Positions 22,051 to 31,650 are shown, numbered from the stretch's first letter. The stretch: 64,000 nucleotides of DNA from an uncultured Spirochaetota bacterium (GCA_963783575.1 CAWAOD010000004.1:160001-224000), one strand, 5' to 3'. The notes: a model not told the origin generated them from the sequence alone. Translations and numbers: made by a program.

Positions 22051-23068
22051 TAGTTAAAATAATATTTCTACATTCAGATTCTGGATTATCACCGCATAAA
22101 CCATGCAAATAAACTAATGAATTCCAATTATCTTTCTTGGGTGTGTTTAAAATTAGAGGTCCTATATTAGTTTGAAAGCCATATTGATCTTTTATAATCT
22201 CAAAACAATTATCGAAATTAGTTGTGACAACTCTGCAAACCTTGTTTTCAAATTGTGTCCCAATTTCTATGATAGCCTTATGAATAATTAAATCTTTTTT
22301 ATTAACAGTTAATAGTTTCTTAATGCTATTTCTTAATTCTGCATTATGTTTACTTTTAGATAACCTATCTTCAAATAATCCCAAAACACGATCAAAATTA
22401 TTTTTTCTAAATTCAATTTTTTCTAAATCTTCAAAACCTTCACCTATTAGTATATAAACATTTTTTACCAAATTTTTAAAATCTGGTAAACCAGCATATA
22501 GAGAAATACCAGCGCCACAAAATAAAACAAGTTCTCCCTTTTCATGAGCTAACAGCAATTTTTCTGGAATATTCGGGCCGTTATTAACAAATTGCATATT
22601 ATATTTCCTTTAATTTAATCCTTTTTTTTCTTCCCTTTTTAAAAATATTCATTTCTCCTCTCCAACCCGCTTCAAATCTTAGAGAATCCAAATAACTCTT
22701 TGAGTACCCGGTTTAATACCTCCGGAACACCTTTTTGTTCCTCTGGGCTCTTATAAATAATTTCAGACCCCCTTTATACTTTTTTATATCATCCGCAAGG
22801 CCATTCCTTGCACTCTTTTTATAGAATTTTGGGATTATTTATTCGTCAACGCCCCTTTCGTAAATTCCGGAAAAATCTATCATTGACCGGATTAACGTAT
22901 CGAGATTTTTATTTTCCGGAAGGTTGTGTTTTGTCCTGTTGGACAAAATATAATTTATTGTATTGATGAATTCATTTTTGTCATCAATCCGCCATTTATT
23001 ATATTTTTGCGCCCACAGAGAGTTTTGGGTCCGGCCCCGTCCCATTCCAGAACAAGGGGGCATGCCCC

Positions 23069-24419
23069 CATAAGCGCTAACTTGATTCTTGATATTTTTA
23101 CAAATCATAGCTATAATATTTATATGGAGGTGGCTATGATTAATGAAGATTGGAATATTTTAGTTTCAATGTTTCCAATAGGTTGGCGTGAAAAGGCAAA
23201 GGAAACGGGTGCATTAAGGGGATTGCGTAAGTGCAAATCTGAGGAGGACTTGCTCAGAACCCTTTTGATTCATCTGGCTGGCGGGTTTTCTCTAAGAGAA
23301 ACAGTAGTAAGGGCTCGTGAAGCCAATTTAGCAGATTTATCTGATGTTGCCTTGCTGAAGCGATTAAGAAAGAGTTCGGATTGGTTGGCGTCATTATGTG
23401 AAGGTTTATTTGAGGAGCGAGGTGTGAAACTGGAAAATAAAGATGGATTTGAAGTTCGCCTTCTTGATGCTACTGTAGTTAAAGAACCTGGAAGGACGGG
23501 AAGTTTATGGAAGGTTCATTACAGTCTTAGACTACCTACATTCAAGTGTGACTACTTTCGCGTAACTCAAATGAACGGTATAGGGACGGGTGAGTCGTTT
23601 AAACAATTTGATTTGAAACCGGGTGATTATATTATAGGTGATCGAGGTTATGGTCAGGCTCCGGGAATAAAGTTTGCCGTTGAGCAGAAAGCTTCTCTAT
23701 TGGTCCGCATCAGCCCTCATCATGTTGTAGTTAGCGATTCATCCGGTAAGCCATTTAATTGGCTGGATAGATTATCAGAAGTTTCGAAATCGGGACAAGC
23801 ATGTTCATGGAATGTTCATTTACAATGCCCTGATAAAACCACTGTTTCCGGTAGAGTTTGTGTTATAAGAAAATCTGAACAAGCTATTCTTAAGGCTCAC
23901 AAACGTATTAAAAAGCATGCTATAAAAAAGAGTCAGAAGTTAAAACCGGAGACACTAATATATGCGGAGTTTGTGATTGTATTCACAACTTTTGAAGAGT
24001 CAAGTTTTCCGCCGGCAGAAATACTGCGATGGTATAGATTACGATGGCAGGTTGAATTAGTATTTAAACGTTTTAAGCAACTTGCGGAACTTGGGCATTT
24101 GCCTAAATATACAGATGAAAGTTCCAAGGCTTGGCTGTATGGCAAATTGTTTGTGGCCCTGTTAAACGAAAAACTTATCTGGCAAGCCCAGACTTTTTTC
24201 CCCTGGGGTTATGATATTATTAATCAGGGCAGGGATAGTAAGCCGTTGGCGTGAATTTGCATTTATGCTTCATGAAATGCAGAGAGTAATTATTCCATGC
24301 CTTTCGCTTACCGGTATTTTTATAAATTGGATAAGAATTTCCAGAGGACTTATTAATAAAAAGAGAAGAAGAAAAATGCAAATTGTGGAATATTTTTCCT
24401 TAACAAGTTAGCGCTTATG
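23069..24419 (+). mobile_element. IS4-family insertion sequence, copy 1
   Basis: IRs CATAAGCGCTAACTTG / CAAGTTAGCGCTTATG; 11-bp TSD GGGCATGCCCC at 23058-68 and 24420-30. Confidence 0.93.
23136..24254 (+). CDS. IS4-family DDE transposase
   Basis: LLDAT, IGDRGY and YRLRWQVELVFKRFK (YREK) motifs; GGAGG RBS before MINEDW. Confidence 0.92.
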   Translation: MINEDWNILVSMFPIGWREKAKETGALRGLRKCKSEEDLLRTLLIHLAGGFSLRETVVRAREANLADLSDVALLKRLRKSSDWLASLCEGLFEERGVKLENKDGFEVRLLDATVVKEPGRTGSLWKVHYSLRLPTFKCDYFRVTQMNGIGTGESFKQFDLKPGDYIIGDRGYGQAPGIKFAVEQKASLLVRISPHHVVVSDSSGKPFNWLDRLSEVSKSGQACSWNVHLQCPDKTTVSGRVCVIRKSEQAILKAHKRIKKHAIKKSQKLKPETLIYAEFVIVFTTFEESSFPPAEILRWYRLRWQVELVFKRFKQLAELGHLPKYTDESSKAWLYGKLFVALLNEKLIWQAQTFFPWGYDIINQGRDSKPLA

Positions 24420-24782
24420 GGGCATGCCCCCTTGTTCTGGAATAGGACGGAGATGTGGATGGGGAATTGTCCAACCCATATGAATATTATACTCTCGTGC
24501 GCTCATGGATTTAATTTTACCGATGATTCCCGGGAGACTGGTATATTCCGCCTCGATCAGCAAATGAACATGATCGCCGCAAATATTATAAGCATATACT
24601 TTTAATTTATCCACGGCAATAATATGGACAATGGTTTTTGTAATAAAATATTCGCTTTCATCATCCAGCCAAACAGCTTTGCCTTTTTGTACCTTGTATT
24701 TAATCATGCGCGGAGAAACTCTGGAATTGTGTGTTGACCATGTCGTATGCCATATTTCAGCCATATTTATTCACTCATCCTG

Positions 24783-24814
24783 CCAGAGCAAGTGGGCATG
24801 CCCACTTGCTCTGG
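24783..24814. repeat. REP-like perfect palindrome upstream of the RAYT-like gene
   Basis: CCAGAGCAAGTGGGCATGCCCACTTGCTCTGG, homologous to the palindrome inside the gene. Confidence 0.88.
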
Positions 24815-25150
24815 AAAATATACTTTTCCTTTATCATGAAATGTTTAATTACATTAAAAGAGGCAGGAATTTTGACATGTTCGACAACGGCTTTTATGCG
24901 ATCAGTATGATGTTTTAATCCGCTTAAATTCTCATTCCGATCCATGTATAACCCGGTTATTTTTTTATTTGATCATATTAATAAAAAAGGCGACAGCCTC
25001 CGCCATCGCCCAGATATAAGCATTACCACAAAAATTTACCCAACAAATGCATGTCATATGCCGGGAAAATCATAATACTTATATTAAAACAAGTCAAGTA
25101 AACAACAAATATACGAGTAAACCAACTTTCTATAATAGAACAAATCTATC

Positions 25151-25277
25151 CTTCGGTCGCCGAGTGATTTTTGCATCAGCAAAAATTGTATTGAGGCGAT
25201 CGTCATGACACACCCCTCGACTTGTACTGAGTTTATCGAAGTATACAATCGCTATCGCGATCACTCGGGGAGCGAAG
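25151..25277. repeat. Long palindromic REP doublet with a nested short REP
   Basis: CTTCG...CGAGTGAT...ATTGTATTGAGG versus CCTCGA[insert]TACAAT...ATCACTCG...CGAAG; the insert CTTGTACTGAGTTTATCGAAGTA is at 25221-25243. Confidence 0.65.
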
Positions 25278-25479
25278 AGGGCTTTTCAAATCTACAGCAA
25301 ATTTTCATATTCTCCCAATTATCAAACAGCCAACTTAATCGCCCACCGCAGCATTAGCGCCATTTCTGATTAATCTTCCCTGTAATCAAAAACGATCTTG
25401 GTATAACTTTCGTTGTTATTCCCATTTCATGATTAATTGATCTTTTCATATTTCGCAGCCAGAGCCTGTCCTGAGCCTG

Positions 25480-27170
25480 CAGACTGTGTGAAAACTCAGT
25501 AAATATGCTATAATTATTAGAACAAAAATAATCGGAGTAAAAGATGAAGCATATTGAGGGAGAATCAAGGGATCAGATAGTTCTGTTCAATGAAACACTG
25601 GAAGATCTGTTAGGAGAAGAAGATCCGGTAAGGTTTATAGATATTTTTGTTGATAAGCTAAATATGAAAGGAGTTGGTTTTAAAGTAAAAGAAGCATCAA
25701 CCGGCAGAAGTTCATATAAATCCGAAATACTTTTAAAAATCTATATTTACGGATATTTGAATAAAATCAGGACAAGCAGGAAATTAGAGAGAGAGTGCCG
25801 AAGAAACACAGAGTTGATGTGGCTGACTGGACGACTAGCGCCGGATTTCAAGACGATTGCCGACTTCAGGAAAGATAATAAGAAGGGAATACAGTCGATA
25901 TTCAGAGAATTTTTGAAGATATGTCATAAAGCCGGGCTTTTATCATTTGACGTTGTTGGAATTGATGGAACCAAGATCAGTGCGCAAAACCACAATAACA
26001 ATGTTTATCATAGGAAAAACATAGAAGAAATCATACATAGAATAGATCAAAAGATCGAAGAATATTTGAATGAGATGGATAAGAACGATAAGGAAGAAAA
26101 GAATGAATTTGAATTTCTTTCCGGAAAGATAGCGGAACGTTTAAAGAAAATGAAAACAAAAAAGGATAAAGTTGAGGCTATTAAAAAGATTTTTGAGGGA
26201 AATCCTGAAATGGAGAAATATTATTCAAATGACCCGGAAAGCCGGTTTATGAATGATAAAGGGAAATCCGACATTGCATATAATCTGCAGATGGCAGTAG
26301 ATGATGCGAATAAACTGATTGTGGTGATTGATGTGACGAATGAAAACAATGATATCAAACAGATGGCAGGAATGTGTGACCGAGTAGAAGAAATAAAGGA
26401 CGAGCTTAAGGTAGAGACTGAAACGGTCAAAGTATCGGATGCCGGTTATTACAGCGAACCGCAGATACTGGAATGTATAGATAAGGGACATAACGTATAT
26501 ATGCCGAATCCGGATGACGGACATAAGGCAAGGATTCGAGGCAAAGAAGATAATAAAGGAGTACCTGCTGAAGAATACCAGGTTGATAAATTCAAATATG
26601 ATCCGGGACAAAATGTTTATTATTGTCCGGAGGGAAACCCATTAGTGAGAAATGGGAAAAAAGTAGAGAAGGTCAATGGAGGAAAAGAGATAGTCAGGTA
26701 CAAGTGCGGCTTATGCAGCCAATGTGAAGTAAGAAATAAGTGTACTGAAAGCGTGGAAGGACGAAGTATCAAAGTACCAGTTAGAAAAGAAGAAATTGAG
26801 AACTTCAAGAGGAAAATTCGTTCTGAAGCCGGGAAAAAGATCATAGAGAAAAGGAAAGAGATATGTGAACATCCATTTGGATCGATAAAAAGGAATATGG
26901 GTTACAGTTATTTTTTAATGAAGGGAAAGGATGGCGTTCTGACGGAATCCAGTTTGGCAGGATTCATTCATAATTTAATAAAAGTATTGAATATATTGGG
27001 AATAAAGAGACTTATGACTCTGGTTTGATGCTAATAAACCATCGTTTATCGTATTCGGATAGATTTTTTAAACTAAGATTTTTTTAGCTTGAAAAATATA
27101 TCAAAAAATGGAGTTTTTGTATAATTAATCGATTTTACTATAAAATTTTACTGAGTTTTCACACAGTCTG
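25480..27170 (+). mobile_element. IS1182-family insertion sequence
   Basis: 24-bp IR CAGACTGTGTGAAAACTCAGTAAA / TTTACTGAGTTTTCACACAGTCTG; probable CTG duplication. Confidence 0.9.
25544..27028 (+). CDS. IS1182 transposase
   Basis: LKIYIYGYLNKIRTSRKLERE, PDFKTIADFRKDN, IDGTK, DAGY and EHPFGSIK motifs. Confidence 0.93.
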   Translation: MKHIEGESRDQIVLFNETLEDLLGEEDPVRFIDIFVDKLNMKGVGFKVKEASTGRSSYKSEILLKIYIYGYLNKIRTSRKLERECRRNTELMWLTGRLAPDFKTIADFRKDNKKGIQSIFREFLKICHKAGLLSFDVVGIDGTKISAQNHNNNVYHRKNIEEIIHRIDQKIEEYLNEMDKNDKEEKNEFEFLSGKIAERLKKMKTKKDKVEAIKKIFEGNPEMEKYYSNDPESRFMNDKGKSDIAYNLQMAVDDANKLIVVIDVTNENNDIKQMAGMCDRVEEIKDELKVETETVKVSDAGYYSEPQILECIDKGHNVYMPNPDDGHKARIRGKEDNKGVPAEEYQVDKFKYDPGQNVYYCPEGNPLVRNGKKVEKVNGGKEIVRYKCGLCSQCEVRNKCTESVEGRSIKVPVRKEEIENFKRKIRSEAGKKIIEKRKEICEHPFGSIKRNMGYSYFLMKGKDGVLTESSLAGFIHNLIKVLNILGIKRLMTLV

Positions 27171-27573
27171 CTGACGAAGGGAACGCAGCAGGACTGCAAA
27201 GCGAGGCTCTTTAATAAAAATAGAGCTTTTAATAAAACCTGGAATAACAACATCAAGATATTATAAAGCGATCAAAATAGTCTATTCCTACTGTTATAAA
27301 TAATCAGCTATCTACTTAAACCTTGGGAACAGGATGTTCCATGAAACTTTTCATTAATTATAAAGATAGCCGAAAGCTAGTTCGGCAGCAACACGATGTT
27401 GCAGAAATGGCGCTCATGCAGAGGGGCCGCTCCTTTCTTTCGATTCCTTTCATTTCCTGGCGGTCCAGGAAAGAAAGGAATAAAGCTTTCGCTTCCCTTT
27501 GATAAAAGGGAAAAAGGCATTAAAGCACCTTGCTCAAAGTATTAATATCTCAAGACAGGATTCTTGGAAAATA

Positions 27574-28545
27574 TCACCCCTTTTTCCTCTGCATCAGCGC
27601 ATAAATCGATACGGCAATCATAATTATTGCGCCGTAAAAGAGCTGTATCCAGAAGCCCGACATTCCAAGGGCAATGATCCCGGCTTCAAGCGAACCGATG
27701 ATCAGCGCTCCGATGAAGGTGCCGAAAATGGTTCCCATACCGCCGAATACTGAAGTTCCGCCTATAAATACTGCCGCAAGTGTGGTTAAGAGATACCCCG
27801 ATCCCTGGTTGGGGTAGAAATAGGTAACTTCAAGGTTCGACAGAATCGACACAAAAGCCGTAAAAAAGCCCATCTGGACAAATACGAGGGTCTTGATTAG
27901 ATCGTTGTTTATGCCCATCATGCGGGCGCTGTCCTTGTTATCGCCGACAAAAAGGATATGCGACCCGAATTTATGCCGCTTTAACAATAACCAGAAGCTT
28001 ATTGCCAGAACAACAAACCATATCGCCTGGGCGGGAACAAGGCCGCCTATCCTGCCCACGCATATTTGATAAAAGATCGTGGTTTTTGCGTCGACAAGCG
28101 GGATTCCGTTTCCCTGCGCGACTACGTTCACAAGGCCGCGGAAAAAGAACTGGGTACCGATCGTCGCGACTATTGACGGAATTCCGATTCTTACAATCAA
28201 AAGGGAATTCAGCAGACCTGCAAGTATGCCGGTTACAAAGCAGCATAATGCCGCCAGCCATATACTATGAGTTGTGACAAATATTGTTCCGAAAATCCAT
28301 CCGCAAAAAGCAAGAACTGACGGAAAGGACAGGTCGATTTCGCCCAGAATTACAATAAATGTCATAGATAAAGCCAATATCCCGGAAAATGGTATGGTGG
28401 ACATGAAAGAATAATAAATATCGTAACTGGTAAATACTCTTGTGTTGCCGATTAAAAATACGGAATAAACGACCAGAAATACTACAAAAATGCTGATTTC
28501 AAGTTTCATCGCTTTTATTTTATTTATGAGCTGGGATTTATTCAT
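27574..28545 (-). CDS. Sugar ABC transporter permease (RbsC-like)
   Basis: GEIDLS, IPSIVATIG and AAVFIGGTSVFGG motifs; multiple TM helices. Confidence 0.92.
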   Translation of the reverse strand: MNKSQLINKIKAMKLEISIFVVFLVVYSVFLIGNTRVFTSYDIYYSFMSTIPFSGILALSMTFIVILGEIDLSFPSVLAFCGWIFGTIFVTTHSIWLAALCCFVTGILAGLLNSLLIVRIGIPSIVATIGTQFFFRGLVNVVAQGNGIPLVDAKTTIFYQICVGRIGGLVPAQAIWFVVLAISFWLLLKRHKFGSHILFVGDNKDSARMMGINNDLIKTLVFVQMGFFTAFVSILSNLEVTYFYPNQGSGYLLTTLAAVFIGGTSVFGGMGTIFGTFIGALIIGSLEAGIIALGMSGFWIQLFYGAIIMIAVSIYALMQRKKG

Positions 28546-28575
28546 TTCAGCCTCTCCTATTAAATGATTTTTTAC

Positions 28576-28615
28576 AAAAAAACAAGGCCTGCCGGATCAA
28601 AAATCCGGTCAGGCC
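28576..28615 (-). terminator. Terminator-like hairpin between the ABC ATPase and permease
   Basis: On the minus strand GGCCTGACCGGAT-TTTTG-ATCCGGCAGGCC then TTGTTTTTTT. Confidence 0.5.
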
Positions 28616-28620
28616 GGAAT

Positions 28621-29394
28621 TTAATTCAATGTACCTGTTTTAGCAAGGTGAAGCATTTTATTGACCAGGTCTTCCTGGGTAATATCTTTTTTCGGAATGT
28701 CGCCGGCAATTTTACCCCTGTCCAGGATAACAAACCGGTCGACAACCGGGTAAACATAGTAAATATTGTGGCTGATAAAAATGGCTGATTTTCCCTTATT
28801 TTTGATATCAATAACCATATCCAGCACTTTCTGGGTCTCGGAAAGAGAGAGGCCTGTTGTCGGTTCGTCAAGAATTATCATGTCGGCGTTAAAAAAGAGC
28901 GCCCTGCTTATGGCGATGCCCTGCTTTTCGCCGCCGGACAGATATTTTACATCCGAATCTACGGTGATGGCCTTTGAAGTATATCCCATCTGGTCGCGAA
29001 GTAGGCTTTCGGTCTGAATTCTCTGCTCTTTTACCTTTAAAAAGCCTAACTTGCTGACAAGTTCTCTTCCGGCGAACAAATTACGCCACATCGTCTGCTG
29101 ATCGGCAAGCGCCCTTTCCTGGTAAACGGTTTCAATCCCCAATTCCCTTGATCTTTTAACTGAGTGGATTGTTATTTTCTCGCCCTTATAAAAGATATCG
29201 CCGGAAGTTGGGAGGTGTACACCGGTAATTATCTTGATTAATGTTGATTTACCGGCTCCGTTATCTCCGACAAGACCGACAATCTCGTTTCTGCCGACAT
29301 TAAAGTCTATACCTTTCAAAACCTGGACCTCTCCAAATGACTTATAGATATTTTTCATCTGAAGGAGATCATTATTATTCATTTTCTCAGCCAT
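28621..29394 (-). CDS. Sugar ABC transporter ATP-binding protein
   Basis: GDNGAGKST, LSGGE and ILDEPT motifs. Confidence 0.93.
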   Translation of the reverse strand: MAEKMNNNDLLQMKNIYKSFGEVQVLKGIDFNVGRNEIVGLVGDNGAGKSTLIKIITGVHLPTSGDIFYKGEKITIHSVKRSRELGIETVYQERALADQQTMWRNLFAGRELVSKLGFLKVKEQRIQTESLLRDQMGYTSKAITVDSDVKYLSGGEKQGIAISRALFFNADMIILDEPTTGLSLSETQKVLDMVIDIKNKGKSAIFISHNIYYVYPVVDRFVILDRGKIAGDIPKKDITQEDLVNKMLHLAKTGTLN

Positions 29395-29414
29395 TTTATC
29401 CCTCTAAAATAAAT

Positions 29415-30404
29415 TTATCTGATTCCTGCCTTTGCGAGAGGAGCGACAACATCTATATTGCTTTTATCAATTATAGCAGCGCCAGTATCAATATGCAAGC
29501 CGGCAAAACCGAATTTTTTTGCCAGGCAGATCTGGAGAATAGGCAGATAACCCTGGAGCCATTCCTGCTGATCCAGAACCGCTCCAACCCATCCGTCTTT
29601 AATTGCTGCAGCTGTTGCCGCACTCAGATCAAAACCGGCTCCGAATATATCGCCGGGCTTTTTATTAGCGGCTTTCAGGAAGGTGCCCAATGTCGCAGTT
29701 AAGTTTCCATGATCTGTAATTATCAGTTTTACATCGGGATGTGTGGAAATATAACTTGCGATTACAGGTGTTCCCTGAGACGCGTCGGCGTTTATCGCGT
29801 CGGAAATTTCATAATAATCTACTACTGCGCCTAATTCCTTTAAGGCGTCTACACAGCCTTTTGTTCTCAAACCGCGTGTCGGCTGGCTTAAAAGTCCCCA
29901 GACCATGGCGCGGTCGCCTTTCTTCAGGCCTGCTCTCTCGGCTGCGCCTTTAGCTATTAAAACGCCTGAAGCATATAGTTCCTGACCTACATAACCGAAG
30001 CCGCTGTTTTTATATTTTGCTTCAAGTTCGGGTAAGGTTGTATTCTGGCTTGTAACGATAATCCCTTTCTTTTCGGCTTCATCAACCAGCGGAGCATATG
30101 CCGCTACACCGGGATGTCCCATCACAGCTATCCCGTCGGGCTTTCTGGCGATCGCATCCTTAAACTGCGCAACCATTTTATCCGGCAGCCAGTCTGACCA
30201 GACATAATCCACTTTACAGCCAAGGTCTTCCTCTGCGGCCTTTGCACCCCTGTAAACAACTGATTCAAATGTCCCGCCTTCACTCCCGCCCGGGAAGAAA
30301 GTAATCCTGATTCCTTCAAACCTTTTTGCTGAATAACCCAGTACAGTCAATGAAATAAAGCTAAAAACCACCAACATCGATACTAAAATTTTCTTCATAG
30401 ACAA
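29415..30404 (-). CDS. Sugar ABC transporter substrate-binding protein
   Basis: Signal peptide, KPDGIAV, AGFDL and DQQEWLQGY motifs. Confidence 0.88.
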   Translation of the reverse strand: MSMKKILVSMLVVFSFISLTVLGYSAKRFEGIRITFFPGGSEGGTFESVVYRGAKAAEEDLGCKVDYVWSDWLPDKMVAQFKDAIARKPDGIAVMGHPGVAAYAPLVDEAEKKGIIVTSQNTTLPELEAKYKNSGFGYVGQELYASGVLIAKGAAERAGLKKGDRAMVWGLLSQPTRGLRTKGCVDALKELGAVVDYYEISDAINADASQGTPVIASYISTHPDVKLIITDHGNLTATLGTFLKAANKKPGDIFGAGFDLSAATAAAIKDGWVGAVLDQQEWLQGYLPILQICLAKKFGFAGLHIDTGAAIIDKSNIDVVAPLAKAGIR

Positions 30405-30503
30405 CTCTCCTTTTGTTTTTATTTTTGATTTTTTTGGCTGTCAGCCATTTTTAACAGTTTTATCCTCCTTTTTCCCAGATTCCTGGGCTTGATCAGGGTT
30501 AAA

Positions 30504-31463
30504 TCAATCGAGTCCCTTTCGCATTTCGTCAAAATAGCTGTCAACATTATGCTTATCAACAATGATTATATCAGTATCTATCACTTTTGGAACTTCTTTT
30601 CCATGAACTAGGTCAAGAAGCAGCCTGACGGAGAGCCAGCCCATTTTGTAAGTGCTCTGTACTACACAGAACTGAATGTATCCGTCCCGGATCCCTTTAA
30701 GTGTATCTTTTAAATCGTCAAATCCACCGACAATGATGTTCTTCCTCTTCATATCCTTAACAACAAGAGCAGCGGCTGGTGTTTCCAGGGCTGACACACC
30801 GAATATCGCATTAAGCCTGGGGTGTTTCTGGATCAATTCTTCCGTTTTATTAACGCTGAGGGCAAATTCTCCCTGGGTATCCTCAACGGCTACAACCTTG
30901 ATATCCGGCGCGATATCAGACAGCGCCTGTTTTAAACCCTTTGTCCTGAGTGTTAAATTTGGCGTATCAATCCCGCCCTGCAATATGGCAACCTCTCCGC
31001 TCTTTTTTTTAATTAGCTGAGCAATCTTCCTGCCGGCTTCGTAACCGGCCTTATAATTATCCGTACCTACATAACTCATAGCCTTTGTTGAAGGCGCGGG
31101 GGCGTCGAAAGTGATGACTTTAATGCCGGCTTTGATAGCTTCATCTATAACGGTAATCAGGCCCGTATCATGGAAAGCGGATATCGCGATGCCGTCAACC
31201 TTCTGATCAATCAGGTCTTCGATTGCCTGTATTTGAAGTGCCAGGTCAAATTTCGGCGGGCTGACCATGTCTACATTTATGTTATACCTGGCCGCCGCTG
31301 CTTTAAAGCCCTCGAAGCATGGCTCATAATATGGGTTTACACCCTTGGGAACCATAACAAATGTCAATTTTTTATTATTATCTTTTTTACTTGTGGCCAC
31401 CCATACAGGTCCGAAGAAAACAAGAAGAATGATTAACGCAGTTATAGAGGTCAGCCTTTTCAT
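30504..31463 (-). CDS. Second periplasmic sugar-binding protein (RbsB-like)
   Basis: VDGIAIS, VITFD, YVGTDNYKAG and GGFDD motifs. Confidence 0.88.
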   Translation of the reverse strand: MKRLTSITALIILLVFFGPVWVATSKKDNNKKLTFVMVPKGVNPYYEPCFEGFKAAAARYNINVDMVSPPKFDLALQIQAIEDLIDQKVDGIAISAFHDTGLITVIDEAIKAGIKVITFDAPAPSTKAMSYVGTDNYKAGYEAGRKIAQLIKKKSGEVAILQGGIDTPNLTLRTKGLKQALSDIAPDIKVVAVEDTQGEFALSVNKTEELIQKHPRLNAIFGVSALETPAAALVVKDMKRKNIIVGGFDDLKDTLKGIRDGYIQFCVVQSTYKMGWLSVRLLLDLVHGKEVPKVIDTDIIIVDKHNVDSYFDEMRKGLD

Positions 31464-31509
31464 TAATAACCCCGGGGGATGTCAATTTTGGATAATATGA
31501 AAGTTTCAA

Positions 31510-31526
31510 TGCAATTAATATACCAG
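31510..31526 (-). promoter_or_regulatory. Sigma-54 (-24/-12) promoter
   Basis: CTGGTATATTAATTGCA on the minus strand, GG-N10-GC spacing, next to a bEBP gene. Confidence 0.7.
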
Positions 31527-31626
31527 CCTGCTCAAAAACTTTTAATTTACCAAAATTCAGCAATGCCAGAGTCACAGTGTAAAGAAAGATAAAAATTAAT
31601 TGAAACGAAAAATGACTGGAAAGCGA

Positions 31627-31650
31627 TGTAACAATTACACAATTTGTGTA
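31627..31650. promoter_or_regulatory. Possible bEBP upstream activating site
   Basis: TGTAACAATTACACA and an adjacent TGTGTA about 100 bp upstream of the -24 element. Confidence 0.4.

Larger units (their letters stand above)
17807..22597 (-). pseudogene. dsr1: Dsr1-like defence-associated sirtuin (about 1,220 aa reconstructed), interrupted by IS630 and frameshifted near 20500
   Basis: MQFVNNGPNIPEKLLLAHEKGELVLFCGAGIS, VTTNFD and YLHG; removing the IS gives IILTSA-DFGQAYLTDGWASRFV...FIGYSLNDP; long helical C-terminus with TAINNPIGKL; very low GC. Confidence 0.85.
22839..24764 (-). pseudogene. REP-associated (RAYT-like) Y1 HUH transposase, 187 aa reconstructed, interrupted by IS4
   Basis: WHTTWST and DHVHLL (HUH); removing the IS plus one TSD restores the frame PEQGGMP-PCSG...LWAQKY...INYILSN. 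Confidence 0.85.
25341..27427. repeat. REPIN/MITE-like element (copy C/D) carrying the IS1182 insertion
   Basis: Left GCATTAGCGCCATTTCTGATT...TCGTTGTTATTCC; right GGAATAACAAC...CAGAAATGGCGCTCATGC. Confidence 0.7.

Noticed and set aside
22620..22835. Possible gene remnant between Dsr1 and the RAYT-like gene
   Set aside because: Only short broken frames with no recognisable motif
22926..23135. N-terminal extension of the IS4 transposase in the ORF track
   Set aside because: It begins outside the IS terminus, antisense to the RAYT gene; the start with an RBS is at 23136
15191..27427. Integron attC cassette array
   Set aside because: No integron integrase, repeats occur in both orientations, and RYYYAAC/GTTRRRY boxes do not bound single genes
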